A stretch of 42,290 bases of DNA from Abditibacteriaceae bacterium (GTDB lineage: Bacteria > Armatimonadota > Abditibacteriia > Abditibacteriales > Abditibacteriaceae). The translations under genes were made by a program, and so were the position numbers. Positions 17,596 through 25,984 of this stretch are shown piece by piece (the first letter of the stretch is position 1; the number at the start of each line of letters is the position of its first letter). The stretch is taken from assembly GCA_031425655.1 (NCBI GenBank), contig JANPJS010000150.1, forward strand, positions 1 to 42,290, written 5' to 3'. The notes under the pieces were generated by a model that was given only the letters and a program-made list of their open reading frames with translations, made no database searches and had not been told where the DNA came from.

Positions 17596-18467
17596 CAACT
17601 TAGCTCCAAAATCGCCACGTCCGGCGGCGCGAAAATACGCAGCGGCAAGGCCACAGCGCCCACGCCGCGACTGACGAATAACCATTGGCCGTTCGGACGA
17701 TATAATCCGGCCACATAGCCGTAGCAAAAGGCGCCGCGCCCGATGAGCGGCGTGCCGTTGGGCAGGCAAATCTGGCCGCCGTGCGTGTCGCCGCACAGCG
17801 TCAGGTCGCACTCGTTTTCCGGGAACATTTCGTAAATTCCCGGCGCGTGCGCCAAAAAAATTGTGCAAGCGCCGGGAGGCACATTCGACAACGCGCGTTG
17901 CGGCTGAGCATCGCCGGCGCCATCGTCGTCCACGCCCGCCAGCCAGATGTTGTTCCACGGCGAGGGCAACGCGACGGCTTCGTTTTCCAAAACGCGCACG
18001 CCACATTCGGCGAAGATTTCGCGCAAAGGCTCGATGTGATTTTGGTCGTGGTTGCCCCAAATGGCATAAATGCCCAGCGGCGCATGGCATTGCTTCAACT
18101 GGCGCCGCAGTTCGGGCAAGCCGCGCCGGTCGGCATAAACATAGTCGCCGCCTAAAAGCAGCAAATCGGGGTTGGCGGCCCGCACCGCACGCCACGCTTG
18201 CAGCGGCGCTAAACGCCCGACGGTCGGGCCATAGTGCAAATCGCTGATGAAGGCCACGCGCAGCGGCGGAGCGCCCGGCGGAAAGCGCTGCAAGCGCAGA
18301 TTGTGCTTCACCACGCGCACGCCGCCGAATACGCGGCTCATCTGCGCGTCATAAATCGCTTGATACCATGGCGACAAGCGCAGAGAAAGTTTGCGCGCGA
18401 ATTTGCGCCAGTGACGGCGTTTGTCGCGCGTGACAGCACGTTGTGCGGCATCGTTATCCTTCATCAA
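17595..18467 (-). CDS. Metallophosphoesterase (YkuE-like)
   Basis: SDLH, GGD, GNHD, GDTHGGQI, VSRGVG. Confidence 0.9.
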   Translation of the reverse strand: MMKDNDAAQRAVTRDKRRHWRKFARKLSLRLSPWYQAIYDAQMSRVFGGVRVVKHNLRLQRFPPGAPPLRVAFISDLHYGPTVGRLAPLQAWRAVRAANPDLLLLGGDYVYADRRGLPELRRQLKQCHAPLGIYAIWGNHDQNHIEPLREIFAECGVRVLENEAVALPSPWNNIWLAGVDDDGAGDAQPQRALSNVPPGACTIFLAHAPGIYEMFPENECDLTLCGDTHGGQICLPNGTPLIGRGAFCYGYVAGLYRPNGQWLFVSRGVGAVALPLRIFAPPDVAILELS

Positions 18468-19156
18468 AACATCCGATCATCGCAGTGAATTACTTGGCCC
18501 GAAACACCTTCGCTCAAAAGCCAGCGCGCCGCACTCACGAAAGTGCGCGCGTCGCCCGCATTGCCGCTCACACTTTGACGGTGCAGCGTTGCCAACTCGT
18601 TTCCGCTCATATTCTCCGACAGCGCTGAAGGCACGAACGGAGGGCAAATCGCGTTCACGCACAGCTTTCGCGCCGCACCTTCGCGTGCGGCACATTTCAT
18701 CAAGCCCAAAATCGCTGCTTTGTTCGCGGAATAGGCGCTCTGACCTGTCGCGCCGCGTTCGCCGACACGCGAGGCCACAAGAATCAAGTGCCCGCCGTCT
18801 TCGAGATTTTCCAACGCCATGCGCGTCACTAAAAACGCGCCGGTTGCGTTGATGCGCAGCGTTTCGCGCCAACTTTCGCGCGATTGGCGCAGCAAAAGCG
18901 CGTCGCGCGCGATGCCCGCCGTGTGAATGACGGCACAAATCGGCGGCAGCGATTGAAACAGCGCACCGACAGCGCTTTCGTCGCCAATATCGGCGCGCAC
19001 GATGGCGCAGCCGCTTTCTCGTTGCAAACGCAAGGCGCGTTCTTCGTCACGGAAATAATTGGCGACAACGGCAACACCGTCCGCGCACAACGCGCGCACC
19101 AAGGCGCCGCCTAAGGTGCCGGTGCCGCCCGTCACTAAAATCGCGCCTGTCTTCAC
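18464..19156 (-). CDS. SDR oxidoreductase, FabG-like
   Basis: TGGTGTLG, AGIARD, GQSAYSANK (YxxxK). Confidence 0.88.
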   Translation of the reverse strand: MKTGAILVTGGTGTLGGALVRALCADGVAVVANYFRDEERALRLQRESGCAIVRADIGDESAVGALFQSLPPICAVIHTAGIARDALLLRQSRESWRETLRINATGAFLVTRMALENLEDGGHLILVASRVGERGATGQSAYSANKAAILGLMKCAAREGAARKLCVNAICPPFVPSALSENMSGNELATLHRQSVSGNAGDARTFVSAARWLLSEGVSGQVIHCDDRMF

Positions 19157-19203
19157 GCTTGCAGTTTACGGAATCCGCCGCGACTTTCGGGCAAACTGAC
19201 GGC

Positions 19204-20040
19204 ATGATTCAGTGGCTCAACGGCGCATTTCTTGACGAAAGCAAAGCATTAATCGCGGCAAATGCTTCCGGGATATTGCTCGGTTGGGGCGTGTTTTCGA
19301 CACTCGGTGTGCGCGAAGGCCGCGCCATCGCCGCCGACCGGCACTGCGCGCGATTGCGCCAAAATGCCGCCGCGCTCGACATCGAATTTGCTTTTGCAGA
19401 CGAGGTTTTGTGCGACGCTTTGCGCGAAGTCATCGCGCGCAACGCCGTGCAAAACGGCATCGCGCGCCTGACGCTGACCAATCGCGGCGATGGGCGTTGG
19501 AACCGCGACGAAGGCAACGACCTTTCGATTATCGCGTTCAACGTGCCCGCGCCGCCTTTGAACGACTTACGCCTGATTTTGTCGCCTTTTCGGTTAGATG
19601 CGCGCCGCGCTTTGGCCGGCATCAAAAGCACAAGTTATATGGAACATCAGATGGCATGGATTGGCGCGCAGCAAAAGGGTGGCGATGAAGCGCTGCTTTG
19701 CAACCAGAGCGGCGCGATTTGCGAAGGCGCCCGCTCCAACATTTTCTGGGCGCGCGACGGCGAATTATTCACGCCGTCGCTGGAAACCGGGTGTCTGCCG
19801 GGCATCGCGCGCGAAATCGTGATCGAAGCCGCCGCCAGTCTTGGAATTTCGGCAAACGAAGGCGTTTTTTCATTATCGGAACTCAGCGGCGCCGACGAAA
19901 TTTTTCTGTCTTCGGCGAGCAGCGGGCCGCGCGGCGTGGCCTCGTTCCAAATCGCCGACGACGCACAGATTTTTCCCGCGCCCGGCCCCGTCACGCAAAC
20001 TTTGCAACAATGGTGGCAACAAAACGCGCTGGCGCTTTAG
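19204..20040 (+). CDS. Class IV aminotransferase (PabC/IlvE-like)
   Basis: G.GVFSTL, GIKSTSY, EGARSNIF, CLPGIAR, ADEIFL. Confidence 0.88.
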   Translation: MIQWLNGAFLDESKALIAANASGILLGWGVFSTLGVREGRAIAADRHCARLRQNAAALDIEFAFADEVLCDALREVIARNAVQNGIARLTLTNRGDGRWNRDEGNDLSIIAFNVPAPPLNDLRLILSPFRLDARRALAGIKSTSYMEHQMAWIGAQQKGGDEALLCNQSGAICEGARSNIFWARDGELFTPSLETGCLPGIAREIVIEAAASLGISANEGVFSLSELSGADEIFLSSASSGPRGVASFQIADDAQIFPAPGPVTQTLQQWWQQNALAL

Positions 20041-20243
20041 AAGCTGTCTGAGAATAGCTATTAATCTTGGTCCAGCCGATTGAATAGGACGCGGCGCTTC
20101 GCTTCGCAGAAACGGCTTTGATTTTCGCGGTTTTAAAGAAAAAAAATCAGCGAAAATCCGCGCATGAAATCCGCGTAGCGAAGCTCCGCGTCCTATTTAA
20201 AAAGTCTTCGGTTTTAGGCTTTGACGAATTCTCAGGCAGCTTC
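20040..20243. mobile_element. MITE with IS5-like ends and TTA duplication, carrying an internal palindrome
   Basis: TIR gaagctgtctgagaat / attctcaggcagcttc; TTA at 20037-20039 and 20244-20246; internal aataggacgcgg...ccgcgtcctatt inverted repeat. Confidence 0.75.
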
Positions 20244-20280
20244 TTAAATTTCGACACGACGTAAAGTCCCATTTCCAATT

Positions 20281-21009
20281 ATGAAAACCGAATCGCTTGA
20301 GGCTGGCCGCACATCACACCAAGACTTGAAAGCCGCGCTCGCGGCGGATGTCCCGGATGAGCTTTTAACGCTGGCGCTGACGCATCCTTCGGCGGTCGGC
20401 GAAGGGTTGGAGCGCACTTTGAAGTCGAATCAACGCTTGGAATTTTTAGGAGATGCTATCGTTGGCGCGGTCGCCGCAGAGCATTTTTTCCGCACGCGCG
20501 CCGATTTGCCCGAAGGCACGCTCACGCAATATAAAGCGGCGGCGGTGCGCGGCAGCAGCCTTGCTAAAGCCGCGCTACGCTTGAATTTGGGCGAGTATTT
20601 AATCTTGGGACGCGGCGAAGAATCCAACGGCGGACGCAGCCGCGACACCATTTTAGCCGATGCTTTCGAGGCCGTCGTCGGCGCGATTTTCATCGCGCAC
20701 GGCTTTGAAGCAGCGCGCGATTTTGCGCTGCTTGCTTTAGCACCGGAAATCGAAACCGTCGCACAGCGCGCCGTGAACGTGAAAAACCGCTTGCAGGAAA
20801 CCACGCAGGCCATCGGATTGGGCACGCCGATTTACGAAACCCAGCAAAACGGTAGCGCCGGGCCAGAACGCTTTCACGCCAAAGTCTTGCTGTTGCGCGA
20901 AGTGCGTGGCGAGGGACGCGGCAAAACCAAGCAGGAAGCCGAATGTTGCGCCGCCGAAGCCGCACTGGCTTCGCTCACGGAATCGGTTGAAGCGGGAACG
21001 ACGAAATAG
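20281..21009 (+). CDS. rnc: Ribonuclease III
   Basis: ALTHPS, RLEFLGDA, LADAFEA, C-terminal dsRBD (KNRLQE...G.GKTKQEAE..AA). Confidence 0.95.
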   Translation: MKTESLEAGRTSHQDLKAALAADVPDELLTLALTHPSAVGEGLERTLKSNQRLEFLGDAIVGAVAAEHFFRTRADLPEGTLTQYKAAAVRGSSLAKAALRLNLGEYLILGRGEESNGGRSRDTILADAFEAVVGAIFIAHGFEAARDFALLALAPEIETVAQRAVNVKNRLQETTQAIGLGTPIYETQQNGSAGPERFHAKVLLLREVRGEGRGKTKQEAECCAAEAALASLTESVEAGTTK

Positions 21010-21063
21010 CCGCAAAAAGGCACAAAAGTGAGAGAACGATTTGTTAGTAGGACAATAATCTAC

Positions 21064-21152
21064 TTTCCAATTGAGCTACCGGCGAAAGCGCAGTGAGAAG
21101 GAAAGACCAAGCGAGCGGACTGCAGGCAGTCGGGTGTGGCGCCTTGTTGGGC
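21064..21152 (-). repeat. Degenerate attC-like site
   Basis: Minus strand begins GCCCAAC (RYYYAAC) AAGGCGCCACACCCGAC shortly after a small ORF's stop; far half decayed. Confidence 0.45.
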
Positions 21153-21193
21153 TGCTTGAATGGCAGTCCCGTGATGACATTAATGCGCACAGC

Positions 21194-21406
21194 CTAGTCA
21201 ATGAAAAGTTGGAGGTTGCCGCAGCCGTCGCAACGTCTGGCTCTGACTTTTTGAGATGTGAGATTGGTGAGTTGTGCAAAGAACGATTCGCCCGGCACAA
21301 AATCAATTGAAGAACTGCCGCCATGACCGCGAGCCAGCCCCCAAGTAAAAGATGAACTGCCACAAAATGGGCATATATTTAGTTTGTCAGAGTTGTTGTC
21401 AGGCAT
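21194..21406 (-). CDS. Small zinc-ribbon protein
   Basis: CPFCG ... RARRCDGCGNLQLF, 70 aa, more AT-rich than neighbours. Confidence 0.75.
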   Translation of the reverse strand: MPDNNSDKLNICPFCGSSSFTWGLARGHGGSSSIDFVPGESFFAQLTNLTSQKVRARRCDGCGNLQLFID

Positions 21407-21526
21407 TTAGTTTCCGTATGCAGATAATTATGCCACGCGACCAAGCCGCGCGCATCAGACGAATTATGTATTAGACCACAAAATTATAGAAGGCGGTTGC
21501 TCGTGTTCTAATGCGAAATGGGTTGA

Positions 21527-22684
21527 TTAATCCTCGACGTAAACGCGCGGCAGGTGCGCTCCGGCGCTGAGGCGGCGCATCCAAACGGTAGCGATGTCGC
21601 CGGTTTGCGCGTCCGGCAAATGGGTGATGTCAATCGAGCATTGCTGCATGGCGATGCGCCCGATAATCAGGGCGTTTTGGCCGTTGAGTTTGACTTTGCG
21701 CGCGGCGTCGTCGCCGCGCACGCCATACCATTGCGCGGCGCGTTTGGCCGCGACCTGCGTGGCGCGTTTGACTTCGGAATACGAGACCGTGCGCGCGTGC
21801 GGCTCCATCGTCAGGCCGTCGGCGTAACCGATGGCCAAAGTGGCAATGCGCGACGGGCGCGTGGCTTTCCATTCCGGGCCGTAGCCCAATGTTTGGCCAC
21901 GCCGCAGAGTCTTAATGGCGATGATGCGCGCTTTCACTTCAAAGCCCTCGCGCAGCTTCACGCCTTGATCCAGCGCCGATTCGCCGACCATTGGCGACGG
22001 GAATTGGCCGTAAAGAATGGTGCCGGGCCGCACGCACGACAAGCGCATCGAAGGAAAACGGATTAGCGCGGCGGAATTGGCACAGTGAAACGCTTTTGGA
22101 TTTAGCCCGGTCGCACGCGAAATATGCTGCACCAGCGGCTGAAAGCGCCCATATTGCGCCAAAACAAGCCCCGTATCGCGCTCGCCCGCCGACGCGAAAT
22201 GCGTGTAAGCCCCGGTCAATTCGAGGTTCGGCAGCGCTTGAATTTGCTTGGCAATTTCTATCGCGGTTTCCGGCTCGACGCCCAATCGCCCCATGCCGGT
22301 ATTGATTTTCAATTGCACGCGCGCCGTGCGCTGTTGCCGCGCTGCGGCGTGCGATAAATTCTGCGCGCCCGCTAAATCGCTGATGCAGGCCGTCAAATCG
22401 CGTTCGACAACCTCGTCGCATTCGGCTTGCAGCGGCGGCGCGAGCAGCAAAATCGGCGCTTCGAGGCCTGCCGCGCGCAGCGGCAGCGCTTCGTCAAGGC
22501 GCGTGACGGCCAACATCGTCGCGCCTTCGCTTGCGAACAAACGCGACACTTCAACGCCGCCGTGCCCGTAAGCATTCGCCTTCACGACCGCGATGACGCC
22601 GATATCTTCGCCGACAAGTTGCCGCACCGCTTGAAAGTTATGGCGCAGCGCAGAAAGGTTGATTTCGACCCAGCAGGAATGCAT
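21527..22684 (-). CDS. alr: Alanine racemase
   Basis: VVKANAYGHG (PLP lysine), NTGMGRLG, THF, HCANSAA, VRPG..LYG, GYG, IGYADG. Confidence 0.92.
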   Translation of the reverse strand: MHSCWVEINLSALRHNFQAVRQLVGEDIGVIAVVKANAYGHGGVEVSRLFASEGATMLAVTRLDEALPLRAAGLEAPILLLAPPLQAECDEVVERDLTACISDLAGAQNLSHAAARQQRTARVQLKINTGMGRLGVEPETAIEIAKQIQALPNLELTGAYTHFASAGERDTGLVLAQYGRFQPLVQHISRATGLNPKAFHCANSAALIRFPSMRLSCVRPGTILYGQFPSPMVGESALDQGVKLREGFEVKARIIAIKTLRRGQTLGYGPEWKATRPSRIATLAIGYADGLTMEPHARTVSYSEVKRATQVAAKRAAQWYGVRGDDAARKVKLNGQNALIIGRIAMQQCSIDITHLPDAQTGDIATVWMRRLSAGAHLPRVYVED

Positions 22685-22687
22685 AGT

Positions 22688-22778
22688 AGGTGGTTAGGTT
22701 GTCAGGTAGTTAGGTGGTTGGGTGGTTCGGTGGGCTTACGCTACCTAACCACCTAACTACCTGACAACCTAACCACCT
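22688..22778. repeat. Octamer (AGGTGGTT-type) palindromic element overlapping the rnd 3' end
   Basis: aggtggttaggttgtcaggtagttaggtggtt / aaccacctaactacctgacaacctaaccacct. Confidence 0.85.
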
Positions 22779-23952
22779 GAATAGCCGCTTCGCCGGGCGT
22801 GGCGTTAAGCGCTAAAGCGCGACGGCCTTCCAGTAAATCGAGTAGCTCGTTGCCGACAATTTCGCGGCGCCAATCGGACAAAATTGCTAATTCGGGCGGC
22901 GGCGAGCCGTCGCGTTTGAGCCACCACGCGGCCAGCGCCGTGACTTGATCGCGCGGCGCCAAATACGGGCGCGCGATGTCGTCTTCGAGAGAGCGCATTT
23001 GCGTAATCACGCCGAGCATCACCGCGATGTTATCGGTTTGCGGGTCGGGACGTTCGCCGAAATTGCGTTCGGGCAGCTCGTCGGGCGGAAGCTGGGCGGC
23101 GCGTTGCAGGGCCGTTACGAAAATTTTCGCCTGCGTTTCGGGCATTCCCGGCATCCCGCGAATGCCGCGAAAGGCCGCGATGCTTTGCGGTGCTTCTTTG
23201 GCGGCCTGCGACATCGCTAAATCGGCCATGATGAAACTCGGAGGCTTGTCTAATTCGCGCGCCAAGATTTCACGCGCCGCAGCTAATTCGCGCAGATTTC
23301 CCAGTTGGCGACGCGTCAGCCCCGACAAGTTGAATTTGCGATACAACTCCGTGTCATCGGCGACGCGGCAGGCTTTTTCTTCGGCGCGGCGAAATTCGGT
23401 TTGCGCCCACGAAAGGCGGCCTCGTCGTTCGAGTTCGCCGCGCAACTCGTTGTAAAGCGGCGTCAAATGCAGCACGTCGGCGATGGCATAATCCATTTGC
23501 GCCTGCGATAAAGGTCGCGCCGCCCAATCGGTGAATTGATGCGTTTTCGACAATTGCGGCCCTTTGACGGCGCGCCGCACCAAGTCGGCGTAACCCACTT
23601 GATGCCCATATCCTAAAAACGCAGCCGCGATTTGCGTATCGAAGACGTTACGCAGCGCGGTGCCGTATTCGGCCCAGAAAATCTGCAAATCCTGTCCGCC
23701 CGAATGCACGATTTTCACGACGCTTTCATCGCTGAATATCGCCAAAAGCGGCTCTAAATCGAGGTCGAACGGGTCAATTAGCGCGTCGAGCGGGCCGTCC
23801 GGCGTTTCGGCGTAAACCTGCACCAAACAAAGCCGCGCGAAGTAGCGCCGCTCGGTCATAAATTCGGTATCGAAGCCGACCGGCGCATTGGCGGCACGCA
23901 ATTTCAAGCAAAAGTCTTCGAGTTGTTCGGGCGTATTAATCAGCATTTTCAT
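22753..23952 (-). CDS. rnd: Ribonuclease D
   Basis: GFDTEF, LCLVQ, FDTQIAAAFLG, TDW.ARPLS..Q.DYA.ADV, HRDC-like region. Confidence 0.92.
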   Translation of the reverse strand: MKMLINTPEQLEDFCLKLRAANAPVGFDTEFMTERRYFARLCLVQVYAETPDGPLDALIDPFDLDLEPLLAIFSDESVVKIVHSGGQDLQIFWAEYGTALRNVFDTQIAAAFLGYGHQVGYADLVRRAVKGPQLSKTHQFTDWAARPLSQAQMDYAIADVLHLTPLYNELRGELERRGRLSWAQTEFRRAEEKACRVADDTELYRKFNLSGLTRRQLGNLRELAAAREILARELDKPPSFIMADLAMSQAAKEAPQSIAAFRGIRGMPGMPETQAKIFVTALQRAAQLPPDELPERNFGERPDPQTDNIAVMLGVITQMRSLEDDIARPYLAPRDQVTALAAWWLKRDGSPPPELAILSDWRREIVGNELLDLLEGRRALALNATPGEAAIQVVRLSGS

Positions 23953-23954
23953 GG

Positions 23955-24070
23955 TCTCTCGCAAAGACGCAAAGGCGCAAAGAAATAAAGAAAAGCTGAT
24001 GTTTTTAGGCTGAATTCTCTCATCTTTGACCATCTCTTTTTTCTTTGCGTCTTTGCGTCTTTGCGAGAGA
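23955..24070. repeat. CGCAAAG(A/G)-armed palindromic element
   Basis: tctctcgcaaagacgcaaaggcgcaaagaaa ... tttctttgcgtctttgcgtctttgcgagaga. Confidence 0.88.
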
Positions 24071-24072
24071 AA

Positions 24073-25131
24073 TTATTTCTTCAATTTCTTAAGCACCGCC
24101 ACTAAGCGCGGACGGCCCGTTGTCCACGCCCAATACCACTTTGGGTCAATCGGCAAATCCCACTCGCCACAGTATTCAACAAGCTGGGCACCGAAACCGG
24201 CTTTAAAGCGCACGAGGCCGTCGGGCGAATCCATCAAGTTATCGAGAATTTTGCCGTCTTCGCTGCGAATGTCATGCACGCCGCGAAAATCGTAAATTTC
24301 GGCGCCCTGCGCTTTGGCCCACTTTATCATGGCCCACTGCATCGCATGATTCGGCATCAAATTGCGATGCTCGTTGCTCGATGCGCCGTAAACATACCAG
24401 CATTGCTTGCCAAGCAAAAAGCAAATCGCCGCCGACAATGGCTGGCCTTCGTAAGACGCCACGAAAAACTTCGCTAATCCAGCCGCGACCAGCACGTCCC
24501 ACATTTTAAGGAAGTATTGAAGAGGCCGCCCGGTAAAGCCGTCGCGCTCGGCGGTGACGCGATAAATTTCGTGAAAAATCGCTACGTCATCGCGCGTGCA
24601 ATCGGTTTTGACGACGATGCCTTTTTTCTCCGCGAGGCGAATATTATAGCGCCACTTTTGATGAAAACTCGCCATCACGTCGGCTTCGGACGCGCTGATG
24701 TCCATTTTCATGTTGAAGCGCGGCTGCGTGCCGCCAAAGCTATTATCGGCATCAACGGACGGCACAAAACCGAGACTTCGCAGCGTGTCTTCGATGCCAG
24801 GCGTGCTAATCGGCACACACGGGTCAACTTTAATGAGAATCGCGCGCTGTCGTTTGGCTTCGGCGCGCAGCTTTTCGACTAAGGCGCGGGCGATTTCAGG
24901 CCGGCTCCAATCGAGAATTGGGCCGCGCGGCACATAAAAGATGCACCGTCCGGTGCGCGGAATCGAGCGGCGCAAAACCAGCGCGACGGCGTCGGGGTTT
25001 GCGGGCGTGCCGAGCAAAATCGGCAACGGTCGCCAGCCGGGCTTTTTAATTTCGCCCCATTCGAGGCATTGCAGCACGTCGCCAAACGGCGAAGCGGCCA
25101 CGAAATCGTCCCAGTGCGATGTGTCTTTCAA
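24073..25131 (-). CDS. FemABX family tRNA-dependent peptidoglycan aminoacyl transferase
   Basis: LQ..EWG..K, YVPRGP, K.RYNIRLAEKKG, YVYGASS, YDFRG, GLVRFKAGFG. Confidence 0.9.
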   Translation of the reverse strand: MKDTSHWDDFVAASPFGDVLQCLEWGEIKKPGWRPLPILLGTPANPDAVALVLRRSIPRTGRCIFYVPRGPILDWSRPEIARALVEKLRAEAKRQRAILIKVDPCVPISTPGIEDTLRSLGFVPSVDADNSFGGTQPRFNMKMDISASEADVMASFHQKWRYNIRLAEKKGIVVKTDCTRDDVAIFHEIYRVTAERDGFTGRPLQYFLKMWDVLVAAGLAKFFVASYEGQPLSAAICFLLGKQCWYVYGASSNEHRNLMPNHAMQWAMIKWAKAQGAEIYDFRGVHDIRSEDGKILDNLMDSPDGLVRFKAGFGAQLVEYCGEWDLPIDPKWYWAWTTGRPRLVAVLKKLKK

Positions 25132-25230
25132 GAGCGCCGGGGGCGCGAGAGTTTCAACGGAAGTCAGAATCAGTCACCGGCGGGGAAGTTTAACGGATGA
25201 GGAAGTTTAAGGACGGGCCACACATAAATT

Positions 25231-25980
25231 TCACCGTTCCAAAAGCGAAAACGTGGCTTGTCCACCGACGGTTTTCAGCGTCATGCTGTTGTTATTGACC
25301 TGCGGGCTGACCGTAGCTGTGCCGGCTCGAAACCATTTCACATGGCCGTCGGCAAACTGCAAATTGGTGCCGAAACCACCATAATGGATGGGCTGATTCG
25401 GGAAAACAGCCAATCCCCACGGCGACGGCGCGCACGTCTGCGACGCGGAGGTCAACGAAGTGCCGTCGCCGCATTGATTATGAGTCGCATCGAAACCTCC
25501 GCCCGGAGCCATCGAGCCGCCGCAGCCGACCAAAATTGTCTGCCCCGGCGCTTTCAATTGCGCCAGACGAACAACGGCCACGCCGCGCGGCGTTTTGCGC
25601 ATCACGTTGGCGTTATACCAATAGTCTGAAAACCCGGATTGAGAAGGTGAAGAACTGCGCCGCGTTGCATCAAACGGACATTCAAACGGCCACGACGAGA
25701 TGAAAGGGCCGGAAATGGAAGTCTTGACATAGGGCTGCACGGCGCCGGCCCAACCGACTTGCTCCGGCCCGGAAAAAACCGGCGGCAAAGCATCGTTTGC
25801 ATCGCGCGCATAAAGTTTCAGCGCCAGTCCCATGTCTTTTAAATGCGTCTGACAGGTTGATTTGTTTACCATATACCAAGCGCGGTCATAGGGCGGTTTC
25901 AACAGCACATAACCGCCGATTAGCAGCACGCAGGCCACTAAAAAACCTCTCGGAATCTTCCTACGCTGCTGAGTTGGCAT
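25231..25980 (-). CDS. DUF1559-like / H-X9-DG domain membrane-anchored protein
   Basis: STCQTHLKDMGLA..LY..D; H.....TNLQFADGHVKW; no canonical GFTLIE. Confidence 0.8.
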   Translation of the reverse strand: MPTQQRRKIPRGFLVACVLLIGGYVLLKPPYDRAWYMVNKSTCQTHLKDMGLALKLYARDANDALPPVFSGPEQVGWAGAVQPYVKTSISGPFISSWPFECPFDATRRSSSPSQSGFSDYWYNANVMRKTPRGVAVVRLAQLKAPGQTILVGCGGSMAPGGGFDATHNQCGDGTSLTSASQTCAPSPWGLAVFPNQPIHYGGFGTNLQFADGHVKWFRAGTATVSPQVNNNSMTLKTVGGQATFSLLER

Positions 25981-25984
25981 ACCT

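Noticed and set aside
17596..18195. 599-aa N-terminally extended ketosynthase from the ORF track
   Set aside because: The extension is an alternate frame of the metallophosphoesterase; the coupled ATG at 17595 is the better start.
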